Assembly: GCF_001949145.1 (NCBI RefSeq)
Contig: NW_019091361.1
Coordinates: forward strand, 1,556,374-1,589,661
DNA from: Acanthaster planci
Lineage: Eukaryota
DNA: 33,288 nt
Direction of reading: 5' to 3'
Position 1 is the stretch's first letter, and each line of letters starts with the position of its first letter. A program made the position numbers and the translations under genes. Under the pieces are notes generated by a model. That model was not told where the DNA came from. It worked only from the letters and a program-made list of their open reading frames with translations, and did not search any database. Positions 13,701 to 26,562 of the stretch are shown here, piece by piece.

Positions 13701-14605
13701 CTGGCTTTCCTGATAAATCCATCCACCCATTTGAGAACTCCCCTTTATGGATAACTAACTTGAGCATCCAATTCAGTAGCATTATAACATCAAGCTCTTG
13801 ACAAGCAATGCTCTATTGTTGGCACAGAGAGTGTGACTGAGGGAGATAAAGATGGTGCAACCATGGGCATCTACAAATCAGATCAATAATGCAGAAGTAT
13901 CATGGCCTCGCTGCTGATTAGGTAGTTAGGCTTATGGTATGCAATTCCTGAACAAAAGTGTACATGCACATGTACCTACATACATGTATACATGTACCTA
14001 AAGATTCAGTGGGGGATCTCTTTTAATTGATTTCGTTCAGGTATAGAACCACAATACTATATACATACATGTACATGTATATGCAGAATATGTACATGTA
14101 TTCTGTGCTGGTGAAAAGACATTAAAGAACTGTAGTACATGTACGTGTAGCTCTGAACTTGGGAGTTGCCGGGGGGGGGGTTCCGGGAGAGGGAGGGAGG
14201 GAGGAAGGGAGGTGGGAGAGCACTCGTCAGCAGCAAACCACTAACTTCTTTTTAGTTTCATTCCTTTTTCTTTACTTTTTCAAAGTGAGATTACAATGCA
14301 TTCAACACATACTTTTACTTGTAAATTGGCAGCCCATAAAACATTGATTTTCTCCTTAATCCTCCAATTTCAATATTCTTTTGCACACACCCTAGGGAGT
14401 TAGAATTAATACCTGGAAAACTTAGATTCTAATATCAGGCTTTTGAAACATGTTGACTGGTATGATGAGCAGTTTGCCCTTCTTTAAATCCTCAAGGGGT
14501 GCATTTCCCCTGAGGTGCTATATATGCACCCCTAACACACAGGAATGGAAACAACATACTGTAAATGCACCCGCTGTACATGTAACACCAGTCAATATTT
14601 AACCA

Positions 14606-14712
14606 TTGTTGACTGCTGTGATGTGGGATGACGTTTTGAACACCCTCAGGAATGCACAGCGCCCTCGGCTTCACCTATGCATCCCTCAGGTGTTCAAAAC
14701 GTCATTTCAACA
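14606..14712. repeat. Hairpin repeat with perfect 17-bp inverted repeat; partial second copy at about 19290-19348
   Basis: ATGACGTTTTGAACACC (14628-14644) / GGTGTTCAAAACGTCAT (14689-14705) around a CCCTCGGCTTCACCT core. 19290-19348 shares GACTGCTG..GCTGTGATGT..GATGTTTT-AACACCCGAGGGATGCA. Confidence 0.7.
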
Positions 14713-17700
14713 ATTGTTTTGTCTAACCTGTCTTAATGCTGTTGAGGCTAAGAAATTTATCCAAGGAAACAAGCTCGGATTTTCAGGACAATAGGCCACT
14801 GTCAAACTCTATAATTAACATAACAGACATAAACGATATTGTCTGCGAATGCACTGTTCCCTCACTTTCTTTAATTGCATAAACTTTAATGTGAAAGTAG
14901 TGTGGGTACCAGTGAGTACAAGTTCACCTGTCACGTAGTCTGGTTAGCGGTCCCTGCATTACCTTATATGCAGCAGGGATGGGAACAAGTCTGTTATACA
15001 TGTACGAGAGCAACCATTGATCAAATTCCCTGTACATGTATGTACAAAACGAAACATGGGTACCATGCATAACTGAGTGACAACGGTCATTCTCAAACTT
15101 CCCAAAGCTCTTGTCTCGTGCGTATGTGTGCAGGTGCTATAGGCAGAATGACAGTCTCGGGGTGAGTGTAATATGTGGATACATGTATACTGCCCTGTCG
15201 TGATCGTTCTGAGCCAATGAACAGACAGTAACCAAGACAGAGATGAGAATGTTTTTTATATTATGTTGATGAAAGTCAAAATGGTTATACGTAACTTACA
15301 TGTATACAGGTACGTGAACTACACAAGAAAAAACTGCAGTCTGAGTCAGTCACTCTCTGATCACTGCAGGCAGTCACCTCAGACACACATGTACAGTGTA
15401 CACCACCACAAGCACACTATACGCACATATATTTATTATTTTGGGACCAGCCATACGGCTTTTCTCAACCAATGAAATTGTAGCATAAGAACACAATATG
15501 GCAAAGTCCAAGGATACCAAATGTTGTTTCCAGGATCTTCAAATTCATAGCCAGTGAGACATTAATAACAAACTCAACGACTCAAGTACATACAATACTC
15601 TTGCTTAATGTCACATTAAAAACTCCACATACATTACCGGTAATCAGGGAGCCTTGTGTATTTATTAAAAAAAATTTCAATTCACAAATGATGTTCATGT
15701 TTACTTTGCATATTTACATTCATCATGCTAATTTGGTTAACTTTAATGACAACTTCAGGTGCCTTACAAAAAAAGCACATTTTAATATAAACCTTTGATG
15801 TTTAAACTTAAAAGTCATTCAAGTCACTATTATAAACATGTATGCTTCAGAACACTGCGGCTCATTCACACATTAAGACATTATAAAAGCAGCACTCTTC
15901 TAGTTCCGCCAACATTAGCTTGTATAAAAACGGCATTGAAAGAAATTTCTAGATGGACTAAACACGATACAGAGGACAAAATACAGTTGATTTCCCACCT
16001 TTACGTTAGACAATCTTTCACTGCACCAGACTTCAGAAATACAACAACTTATAAATACATGTACATGTATCCTGCATGAGAGTGTGTTGGGCACATTTAT
16101 GAATGGCTTTGATCACTCAATGTTTTTTACAAACCTAGAAAAGCTACAGTGCTCTTGCTCAAGCAGGCAAAAATGACTATGTGAGGACAAGGCAGAAAGC
16201 TGTCAAGATTCCACGACTTGAATGTATACACGTACATGTACATGTCATTCATATATACAACATGTTTATAAACATCCATGCACTTAACAGAGCGGATGAC
16301 AAAACGGTTAAGTAAACTGTGCTCTCTAATGAAGCAGCCCTTTCATCACTTAACACACAAAATTGCCATGACAACTGAAATGTCCTCCTCAATATACATG
16401 TATATACAATCACATCTCCCTACTAGTACATGTAAATACACGTACATGTATACCTTCTAACATGCATTGCATATTATGCCATAATCCTCCAGATGGATGA
16501 GAATACTCTTGTCCCTGAGACTCCAACCTACACTCTCCTTCATCCTGGCTTATCTTTTTTTCTTTTTTTTTTAACTTTGTTACACATCAACTCCAAATGT
16601 CACAATGCTATAATTTAATTTGTACATCTTCTGATGAAGCTGGTGGCCTTAAGAATTCCATGCCTCATGTCAAACCACACAATGGGTCCTCTACTGTGAC
16701 GCATTTGCCTCAAACCCATATAGCCATATACAGTACCAATTTTAATAAAACAAATGTTGTTACACTGCAGAGAATATACATGTATCCTTGTGTACAGCCA
16801 TGTCCGGCTGAAGTCTGTGATTAAATGATTGTAATATTTCTGCACTGTACAATGTAAATATTCTGTACACAATAATAATTTAGTGAGTAGCCTCACTTGA
16901 ATACCATTTCCAGTTTAAATACATGTACAGGTACCTTTGGTGTAACCAGCTAATTTCAAAATATTTCTTTGTGAACTCAGAAGCATTTTCACACTATAAT
17001 CATGAAATACAATGAACCAAAACACTGAAATGTATACATGTATATACTGTACATGTATTAGGTCATGATGACTAAAACCTTTTTGGGAGGAGAGAGGATA
17101 TCGAGAAGTTATGCTTTGAAAAAAGTCACAAATTAAAAAAATGTCAATTTCAGTCATTCTGCATGCATTCGTACAGTTTAACTCCAGACACATGTACACG
17201 TTGTACACACATGCCAAAACTGCTATGCTATACCATTCAAATGCTATGCAGAATACTGAATTCAACTTCCTTGGAGATTTTTTCACACCACAACGCTTAA
17301 TTGACACAGAGCGGAACTGCTGAGACATGAAACTCTCTGATCAGCTCAAAGTGAATAGGTACAAGCTAGTGTATATCATAAAATCCCCACTCTCTCTCCC
17401 CAACCCCCTTGTGTATCCGTTTCATGCTATTTGTGAGGCCCCTTGTGGGATACCATCTAGCCACCAAAGTGGCGGGATCGATGCTGGCACTAAGCAGCCT
17501 TTATCACATGTGGTTTATTGATTGGAAGAGTGCTAGTGCATTGCCATGGCATCTACAGGTTCAACCTCCTCAATAACAAAGCAGGTAGTTGCAGACACTT
17601 TGGGGCCATATGCAGAGCTGTACAAATGTATATGCAAAAATTATTGGTGAATATTAATGCACATATGCATACATATACGGAACCTGCCTTCTAGAGCTTA

Positions 17701-19674
17701 AACATCCGTACACAATTTAATATCTTCAATAATTCTATCGGTCCATCTGTGTTGGTAAGATTGAACTGAGCTGAACATAACGTATTACGTACCTATCGTC
17801 AGTTTGTTAAAATACACGTAAATCATGTACATGTAAATAGAACACCATCATGAATGTGGTTGTACGTGCGCGCATGTTATTGTCTGCATATATTGTTGTT
17901 TGCATAGTCTCTAAATCCACTGGAATCGTAGTCAGCGGTCAGCCCAAGAGCTATCCAGTCCATATCCTCTTTTCTTCCAATTGGAAGAAGGAAATCAATA
18001 GAAAAACCCTGCCATTATTGACAAATGCACGTATGTTAGGCATCCATAGTAGCTTGCAGTAACCATAAACACCACTGATTCCTTTAGTCCCTGTCATAAC
18101 ACCAACATGAAACTGATACTACACAGGTCTAGAATGGCTCCATGTAATGTAAGCAGGGCATTCGCAGTGCTACAGTTAACCCTCAATCACGCCGTGCTGG
18201 CCGGGCGTCATTAAAATCGCCTGGAGAGGCGTCCCACTTGCATAAATCTTCATGGAGCGGTAAACAGTCTTTGCCAACATGGCACGCACTCAACACATGC
18301 CTCAACACATGCCTCAGCGCTGTCCATAAATTTGATGGTGTCAAGGATTACTATAATCTCATAAATTCTTTGCTCATCCATGTACATGTACATAAGAAAC
18401 TAACAACGTGGGTGAAAAAAAAAACCAGTGGACAGCATGCACAAACTTGGATACATACATTGAACATGTATGCGCATTTGTATGGGCACTAATGGAAGCT
18501 ACATGTAATAATTACATATGCCAAAATGAAATTGAGACAGACCTTTTCCTCATCTGAGCGCATGGCAGGCTTTTACATGTACTGTTACATGTTGGCCTAC
18601 ACATATGTACATGTATATGTACATGTATATAACACATTAGGCTGCCAAGCTTGCAATTGGTGTACATGTACATAATGCAGAATGATGCATGTATTTGCAT
18701 GTTTGTACGATGAAAACTTGAATTTAAACGTAAACACAATAAAAGAAACAAGTTGCTTTGGCTGCATGGTAACACATTTATATGACAGTTTAATCTCACA
18801 GTACTGATAAGTATATCCTTGACAAATTTTGATATTGTAACCCTACCTTCCTATGTGGAGATACATGTAGCCACACAACTGATTTGAAGCTCACTGGTCA
18901 AGCTTTGGCTGACCAGTTAGTTTTAGGGGCTTACCATGATTGCTGTCCCTGATGGACCACAGCCGATCAATCAATTAGTGCCACCTGCTGCCAATATTTA
19001 TCACTGTGTAGCTACTGTATTATCAAAGCCAGTGTAATCGGGTCAATAACGCATCATCAAGTCATTGCAGGTGGAGTGCACCACATGTGGGAAAATTAAT
19101 CAAAATTGTGTGTGGCAACCTGGTTCAATGACACGGTCTTAATTGAGTTACTATACATTCTGCACAGCTGGGATCATTGATTGAGCAAGATGGGAACACT
19201 ATATCATTGCTGCACACGTCACACATTAACACTGGTGGGCCAGTCTACTTTCTGGAAACTTGACCATTTTTATATATAAGCATTTACAATTGCTGACTGC
19301 TGTTGGCTGTGATGTTAGAAAAGATGTTTTAACACCCGAGGGATGCATTAATTCGCACCTACAAAGGACTACATAGACGTTTACATATTTGGAGAACTTT
19401 CATTTGTTATGAGCATCAGTGGCTGATTTCTGTCACCAATATGTGTGTTTATGGGTGCCACTTGACAAATGCACTATGTAGGATACATGTATATTGACCA
19501 AGTACAAAAGAATATAAGGGATCAAAATTTGTTTTGATTTTTTAAGCTCACTGAAACTAAAGCTACAAAATACTACTTGGCAGTACAATGTAGCATTACA
19601 GTGCTGTGACTTGTATGAGGGCAAGACCTCATTGTTCTCTGAAGGAATAAATTTCTATTATCGAAACAATCTAC

Positions 19675-19907
19675 CATGGGCGGAAATCTCTCCTCGGATT
19701 GTGGGGGGGGACATCGATTTACACTTTTTCTGTGCACAACGTGTTTATCATCTTATTCCATTTATAAAAAGTCAAAAGGGGAAATCCTCGACCCATCAAG
19801 TCCTTCAGTATTTTGTTTTGTTTGAAACACAGAGGGGACATTCGACATTGTGTCCTCCCATACCAAATTCATGGGAGGGACATGTCCCCCCGGGATTTCC
19901 GCCCATG
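19675..19907. mobile_element. Intact hAT-type MITE (233 bp)
   Basis: Perfect 14-bp TIRs CATGGGCGGAAATC / GATTTCCGCCCATG. Perfect 8-bp TSD CAATCTAC at 19667-19674 and 19908-19915. Subterminal GGGGGACA / TGTCCCCC motifs. Confidence 0.92.
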
Positions 19908-20883
19908 CAATCTACCATACAGTGCTGTGGCATTATGAATACATAACCTTATTTCTCTGTACGAATAACAAAGTTCCCTAGCCAGAAGTAGTAATTTGTA
20001 TGGCTACCTGTAGGTCTTTCAGCCTCATACGTGTATGACTATGAAGTATTTTATAGAACTGAGTCCGTTACGAACCTCAGATATGCCAGGGGGTTAGGGC
20101 TAACAAATTGCCACAAATGCTTACAAGGAACATTCTAAACCATTTATAAATAAAATGTCAAGAAATGCTGTACATAATTATATGGAAGTTGATTTATATA
20201 TTGTACATGTTGAATTTAAAAAACAGTCACCCCAAATTTGAAGCTTTGTAAGAGGCGAGTATTATCAGTAAAAGACAACTGAAGATATGTAATATTTTAG
20301 GCTTAGGCTGAGCATCGGAACAAGGTACATACATGTGCGTGTACATGTACATGTACCCATGGTATCCACCCGTTGGTATTAGGAAATTACGAGACCGCAC
20401 ACTAGTACTTGTACATGTACCCGCAGTCAACCTTGCAAATTACCTTTAATACAGGGGAAAAAGTATGTAAAGTTTTAAACAGTTGTTCTGCAAACGAAAA
20501 CGATGAAAACCAGGCTACAAGGTGTTAATAGATTTTAAAATGTCTAAAGGTTTCTGATGAGGCATTCAGGTAATTTGAATGAATTGTTCTTTCTGGTAAA
20601 TGCACACTTTTTTGACATTGTTTATTTAATTCATTTTAGATTCTTGCATGTAAAAGCCACGTACTGTACATCCACACTGTCTGTGTACAATACTACAATG
20701 TGTAACACACTAACAGATTAATTTCAATGATACTCAGACAGAACCTTAATAATATGATTGAGACAAAAGAGATAACACATTCTCATAACACTTCATGAAT
20801 ACTGAACAAAACATTGAAATGCATACATTGTACATGAAGCTTGACCACTACCTGCCGGGGACTCCGAAATCGGAGCCGTATGG

Positions 20884-21010
20884 NNNNNNNNNNNNNNNNN
20901 NNNNNNNNNNNNNNNNNNNNNNNNNNNNNNNNNNNNNNNNNNNNNNNNNNNNNNNNNNNNNNNNNNNNNNNNNNNNNNNNNNNNNNNNNNNNNNNNNNNN
21001 NNNNNNNNNN
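20884..21010. other. Assembly gap (127 N) in CaMKIV intron 1
   Basis: Run of N. Confidence 1.
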
Positions 21011-22702
21011 CTGTCAACTTAGAGTAGTGCCTAAAGATTACTTTGTGCGGCTATAAACGACCGTTAAATGGAATGATGAATTTTTGAAGGATTTTGCAAA
21101 CGGAAAAAATGATAGTCATGCCGGCCCAGCATCATCAACGTTGAAAATGCCAAGGCACGAAGTGGTTAAGGTTTATGTCTAACGGGTCATTATGTCAGTG
21201 TTAAATCCTGCTGTGAACTAGATCATGGAGCTATTAAACACAAGGAGTCAGCACACACAGAGATCAAAAGGGTCAATGACGGCTACCGTCAGCACTGCAC
21301 GTGCTGCAAGGACAAAACAAATTCAATGCCACTTGTGGGCTACAAGGAATGCTCTGAGATGCATTTGCAAAGGATCGTGAGTACCGCGCATGCGTGTCCG
21401 TAACACTTCTGCATGTTCAACATGGCCGCTTTGAGCGTTGAGACGGAAACCATCGACATTGGGGACTTAATTTCGATAAGTTTAGTGATTGTTCTGATAG
21501 TCCAATGACAATGAAAGTCTGGTTACGTCTTTACATCCCCAAAACATCTCTCTTAACAATAAACAGAATTACTAACTAATACAAATTTTATTTACCAGTA
21601 TTTTTATTTTTTAGCCCACTAAGAATCAACAAACCACATCTATGGTCTGGCAATGTTTAAAAGGAGCGTAACACATGATTTGAAGAGTCTTAGTTATGGT
21701 CTGGAAATACATGTACATGTACATCAGCTTACATGTATGACCAGTGGGCTATAAATTTGCAGAATCTTTGTTACTTGGACTATAGCTACAGTGCTAATTA
21801 TATAAATAAGGGCAAAAAACAACCTGTAATCTGAAAGTCTGCAACTCTCAACACTATGTAGCAAGAGTCCAAAATTTGTCTGGTTTGAAGTGCCATTCAT
21901 AACTACAAAGCACATGACCCAGGCAGCTTAACCCTCCCCATTTGTCAAGAGCCTGTCATGTGGCCAGTCTTAAATACACAATGTAGTTGATAAGCCAGTG
22001 GCTGGCCATATATATTAAACATTTTAAATGGAGGTTGTTTTGTATGAACAGAGCCATTTTGTTCAAAAAAGTGTTTCTGAGCAGCTACTTAATTGTGACT
22101 GGTGCAATTAGTCAATGCAAAAATGCACTGGGGACACTGCTTGGTTTTGCACCCCCCAAGGAAAAAACAAACGGGTCTGGATTCGGCCTTCTAGCTGGCT
22201 GTGTGCCACCTCGTCATGCAGTGTGCCACACATGTGACTATCTCTATATCAGCATACATGTACTGTATAAGGAGAGGATAATACCATAATATGGCTAGAA
22301 CTTGTGTGAAAATATATTGAACAAAGTTGCTGGAAAATTCTTAATTTTTAGGAAAGAGCTCCAAACACAGACCTCACTTGACACCCTATGCACTAGTTTT
22401 CTATACAGTAATATGAGACTGGCCTGAAAAATTCCAAGTATTTTCTAAGTAAATGTTTCAATATGTTTCCTGCTACATTTAACTTTTGAGGATACGTTAT
22501 GGCTTTTTTTAACAGCAAATATACCACTGTGAAACTGAAATATAAGTAAGAATGATAAATTGTGAGAAATTCTGACTTTCTGACAAAAAAACAACCATAC
22601 AAAAGTTGTTCCTCCGTGTGTGTTGACACTGACAATTGTTACCCCATAATTATCCTCAAAAATCCAAACTCAGTCCTCTTTCCGCATCTACTCAACACGG
22701 TA

Positions 22703-23735
22703 CAATGGCATAACTAAAATTTACGGGGGGGGGGGTTCCCAGTCCTTGTGATTTGGAAATTGTAGGCACGTGAAAAAAATCACTCCTGAATATTTCCAGG
22801 TGTGCAATTTTTCTAGGCGTGTGATTTTGAGTTCCAACTGAACAATCTGGTATGGTTCTCACTACATCAAATTCGAGAGCTCACATGAGTGGTTTGTACG
22901 TCCAGTTCCAACCAAATCTGTGACATTTTCATCAGAGTCCTTGTAAGGTTCTTCACCTGTGTAATTAATATTTTGGGTATCCAATTATACAGGCATGGAT
23001 ATCTTGCAAGCTTTCTCACAAGTTCAAATTATGTCTGGAGAAGTGTTAATTTGTATTTGGGGAGACAGATCATTGAATCAAAAGTGTACTGGCTGTTACT
23101 TTAAAGCTGGCAAATTATGTGAATACACTGTGGATGGTAACATATCAATTTGTCGATGGATTTTGGATTTTAATAAAACGTCCCCTTGCGCTTTCAATGT
23201 GTGTAACATGTACTACATGTACAAGCACGTAAAGCCCTGTACAGTCTGGTGAAAGTACATGTAGCTTTATGCAGGCAGCAACACTTGCTTGAAGCGCTGT
23301 GTGACGTGCATGTGCTGAATGATTGCGAACTGACAGAGCCGTCGTGCAAAACTGTTTCCTTGGGAGAATCAAAAATGATTCTGTCATTCCTGTTAGGTAG
23401 GCCTAATGTTTGATTCTTTTTGTTTCATTTTTCTCACAAATGGCAAAGTATAATTATAAAGTAAACTCATGCGGAGGAGTGCTGTACGGATGGTTTCAGG
23501 CATGCAATTATTTGCACTTCTCAGGAAGCTTTAGGCGTGTGATGGCATGGGAGTGCAATCACTCGCCTTAAAATGAAAGGACTGGGCACCCAGGGTGCAA
23601 ACATTTTTTTAAGGGGGTACCACACGAAAATAAACTGCAGCTGCATTTGAACGGAGACTATTCACAGATTTCAAATGGGGGGAGGGCTAGTCATCCGCTT
23701 GTGGGCCATACCCCCCCCCGGTAGTTACGCCACTG
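22703..23735. mobile_element. Possible decayed hAT-like non-autonomous element (about 1 kb) or two separate element ends
   Basis: Right end poly-C + GTAGTTACGCCACTG (23721-23735). Left end CAATGGCATAACTA + poly-G (22703-22735), a 12/14 match as inverted repeat. The flanking 8-mers match only 4/8, so no TSD is established. Confidence 0.4.
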
Positions 23736-23844
23736 ACGCAATGTCACCATCATCTGCTTAGGCCAGTCCAGAAATTAAAGGGTACGCCTACAATCTCCCA
23801 AATACACAATCCCCAAAATACGCCAGAAATCGACAGAGAAATAC

Positions 23845-23999
23845 CTTCCAAGTTCCTTGCCAATCTTGTATGCCTCTTCGAAAGTCTCCACCTTCTTGGA
23901 GTCCTCGATCCACGTGTTGTCAACAGGCCTTGAGCTGGCCATGGCATGGGCGAATCGGCTGCCGCCGTCTGGAGTCGCACGGGTGGAACTCGCTGGCAT
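23845..23999 (-). CDS. CAMK4: CaMKIV-like kinase, coding exon 1 (MPASSTRATPDGGSRFAHAMASSRPVDNTWIEDSKKVETFEEAYKIGKELGR)
   Basis: ATG at 23999 preceded by an in-frame TAG 12 nt upstream. WIEDSKK...ELGR resembles vertebrate CAMK4 YWIDGSNR...ELGR. Ends AG|gtattt (phase 2, 155 nt), which joins exon 2 to give the ELGRGATS glycine-rich loop. Confidence 0.88.
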
Positions 24000-24460
24000 C
24001 TCCTGCCGGAACTATCGCGACGACAAATCTCCGCCCGTACACAGAACTTTGGGACGGTAAATTATAGCATGGAGGAACAAGTGTACGTTATCAACCAGGC
24101 CTGTGCAAATTACAAGCCCCGAAAATGTACGTACTTGGTCACTGCCCCTTGTTAAGTGATAAACCGTAAACAGAACTTCGTACTCAGCACACACCACCAG
24201 GCATCATACATTCACAGTCACACCGGTTTGTTGTCAAGTAGGAGTTGCTTTCATTTCCAATTCGGTGCCCCGTAACGAGGGTGGTGACGTCATGACCACC
24301 TGCTAAAATGAAACTGCGCATGCGTGTTCTGCTCTTTAGTGTACTGTGCATGTACTGAAGTTAGCAGCCACTCACGCATGAAAGCCTTTCTAGGGACATC
24401 AACCCGATAGGCCCTTACACACCAACCGACGTGCGGGCCAGGCGCGCGCACTAGTAAAGT
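24000..24460 (-). promoter_or_regulatory. Putative CpG-enriched CaMKIV promoter/5'UTR with full CRE (TGACGTCA 24285-24292) and NRF1-like TGCGCATGCG (24315-24324)
   Basis: Visibly higher CpG density than the flanks, immediately upstream of exon 1. Motifs read directly; function inferred. Confidence 0.5.
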
Positions 24461-24974
24461 TGCACTCGTTTGTATTGTAAAAATAATTAAAATGAAAGCA
24501 GACCAGTAAGTTATAACGTAAAACCATTATAACATAAGGTATTTTAATCAAACTTGAAGAATTTGCCAGACCAGATCCTTGTATTAAAAAAATCAAATAA
24601 TCGTACCGCAGATAAAGAACTACCGTTACAAAGGTCACTTACAAGTTGATTCTCAAAAGTTTAAGAATATTTTTTCCGTTCCGTCCAATTTCGTTCTTGA
24701 CAGCGATTTGGAAGGCAATACCATGGAGGTGGTAGGTAATACATTTGCTTCAGCAATGAAACCAAATAAGTATGTTTTTAGAGTGTTGTGAACTGTACCG
24801 AGGTACTGTACCCTTGTCCAAACTTGTAACTGCAAACGAAACAATAACTCTTTTTTCACAAAGGGTAACTGAGAAGATCTTGCCACAAAAATGTTGTCAA
24901 CCGTATTGTAAATGTTTTAATGTGGTAATCAGTGTAGGAATACAAATCTGAGTCCTGTATTTCAGAAGAAAATC

Positions 24975-24980
24975 TTTATT
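24975..24980 (-). terminator. Candidate polyadenylation signal (AATAAA) for the Ig/Fz gene
   Basis: First minus-strand AATAAA I found downstream of the stop (about 1.1 kb). Motif only, no transcript evidence. Confidence 0.3.
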
Positions 24981-26118
24981 AGTACTTTCTTCTTCTTTTT
25001 CTCAACTAGGTGAGTTTTTCTTTGGGAATTTCTTAAAAACAAATCAACCTTCGGTTTGTTAAATTCTTGGTGTATAAAGTTAATAGGGAACTTTTCATTC
25101 TAACTTCAGGGTGAAACCGACCTTTGCAGATTGTTTTCTGAATCTTCAATTCCCGGAAAAGGGATTTATGCTGCTATACTCTTCGCTATGGGTAAACTGA
25201 TACAATAGTATAGGTTCAAAAGTAAAACCTGTTTTTCTAATGTCAACATAGCTAATCAAGAAATCAAAGAAAACATGCATCACTTTTTTTAGTCAAGGTA
25301 TACATGTATAATTTAACACCTTTCACAACAATAGCCATTTTGTGGACCAGAGGACCTAATGATCTTGACCCCTCAGCATATGCAGGCCTACCGTGACATT
25401 TCAATGTGAAATCACCAGGGGCCTATTCACAGAACTCGTGGTAATCGTTACTTCTGTTGATCAAAAGCACATTTCATACCTCAGTTAGGCTAGTGCTTAG
25501 CCTGTGCCATACTTTTGTTTCACAAACTGAAATCTTGTAGAGAAAGCCACTTGGTGTGTAAACCCTCCCTCAGAATGTTAAAACATTGTTGATGGGATAT
25601 ACATGGATCTTCACTTTCCTGAAGACTCACGATGCACATTGCAAGATGAACAGCATGTAGTGAGTGCACACTGTTTGAAAAGCTGACACTGACTCCTCAC
25701 AGAGCCGACACTTGCTCCAAAAGAGGATTGCTTCCATGTACATGCACCTCCAATCTACACCTCTAGGCCTACACATTCTTTCCACTTCTTTACAAATTAA
25801 TAACAGGAGACTGACTGAATAAATGGCCTAAAAAATTGATTTAAGAGTACATGCCAATAAGATAAAGCTGTCTAAATATAACTTTCTCATTACCACAATC
25901 AATGTCGCTGGCTAGTGACAGCAACATGGAGTTTAAAGAAAATGACGTCATTTTAAGTTCCAACAACTTAGGAAGGCTCTGTAAAATACTTGGCCATTTT
26001 TACATGATGCATGTGTTAAATCACAACTGGGTGTGAACACAAGACTCAGAGTCTGTTTACTGCCTTACATTCAAAGATTTGCTTGGAGTGAGGGAATTGG
26101 TTTCAACAATAGCCCCCT

Positions 26119-26252
26119 CTAGAACAAGTACACCGTCAAAGATTCGCGCAACCCAACACAGGTGTAGGTGCCTCGGACAGTAGATGCATAAGCAATGAAC
26201 AATCGGGTGACAGTCTCTGACATGCTGATGGCATGGATGTTGTGCCTTGAAT
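26119..26252 (-). CDS. Ig4 C-half, terminal coding exon (DSRHNIHAISMSETVTRLFIAYASTVRGTYTCVGLRESLTVYLF*)
   Basis: attcag acceptor, phase 1. TVTRLFI and GTYTC parallel the Ig3 C-half. TAG stop at 26121-26119. Not in the ORF track. Confidence 0.8.
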
Positions 26253-26562
26253 CTGAATGTCAGAAATAAAGCAAGAAAACAAATTTCTGCATGAAAAATC
26301 TAACAGTGTGCAGGAGAGACTGACTACTTGTTGACACAATGAACCATTGTGATATTGAAAACGGCAAGGTCATTTGAAAAGAAAGTATGTGTGGGAGTTG
26401 GCATGTTGCCATGCTGGAAGGGCAGACCTTCCACACACATGCATTGCTGATCCCACGTGACCTTGATTGGTCAGAATGACTTGGGGCCTGCACTGCATTA
26501 TAAAGATCAAGTAATTGTTGGCTCAAGTGGTCTATTAACACACAACCTCAAGCTTTAGAATG

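Noticed and set aside
17540..17553. RFX X-box-like ATTGCCATGGCATC
   Set aside because: Isolated imperfect match deep in an intron with no supporting context.
24415..25561. 11-bp inverted repeat TTACACACCAA / TTGGTGTGTAA as TIRs
   Set aside because: Short enough to arise by chance over 1.1 kb; no TSD or internal structure.
23999..26252. Fusion of the Ig/Fz ectodomain to the downstream kinase as a ROR-like receptor
   Set aside because: Ig4 ends in TAG, no TM-encoding exon was found between the genes, the kinase exon 1 has an in-frame stop before its ATG, and the kinase is a Ser/Thr CaMK rather than a tyrosine kinase.
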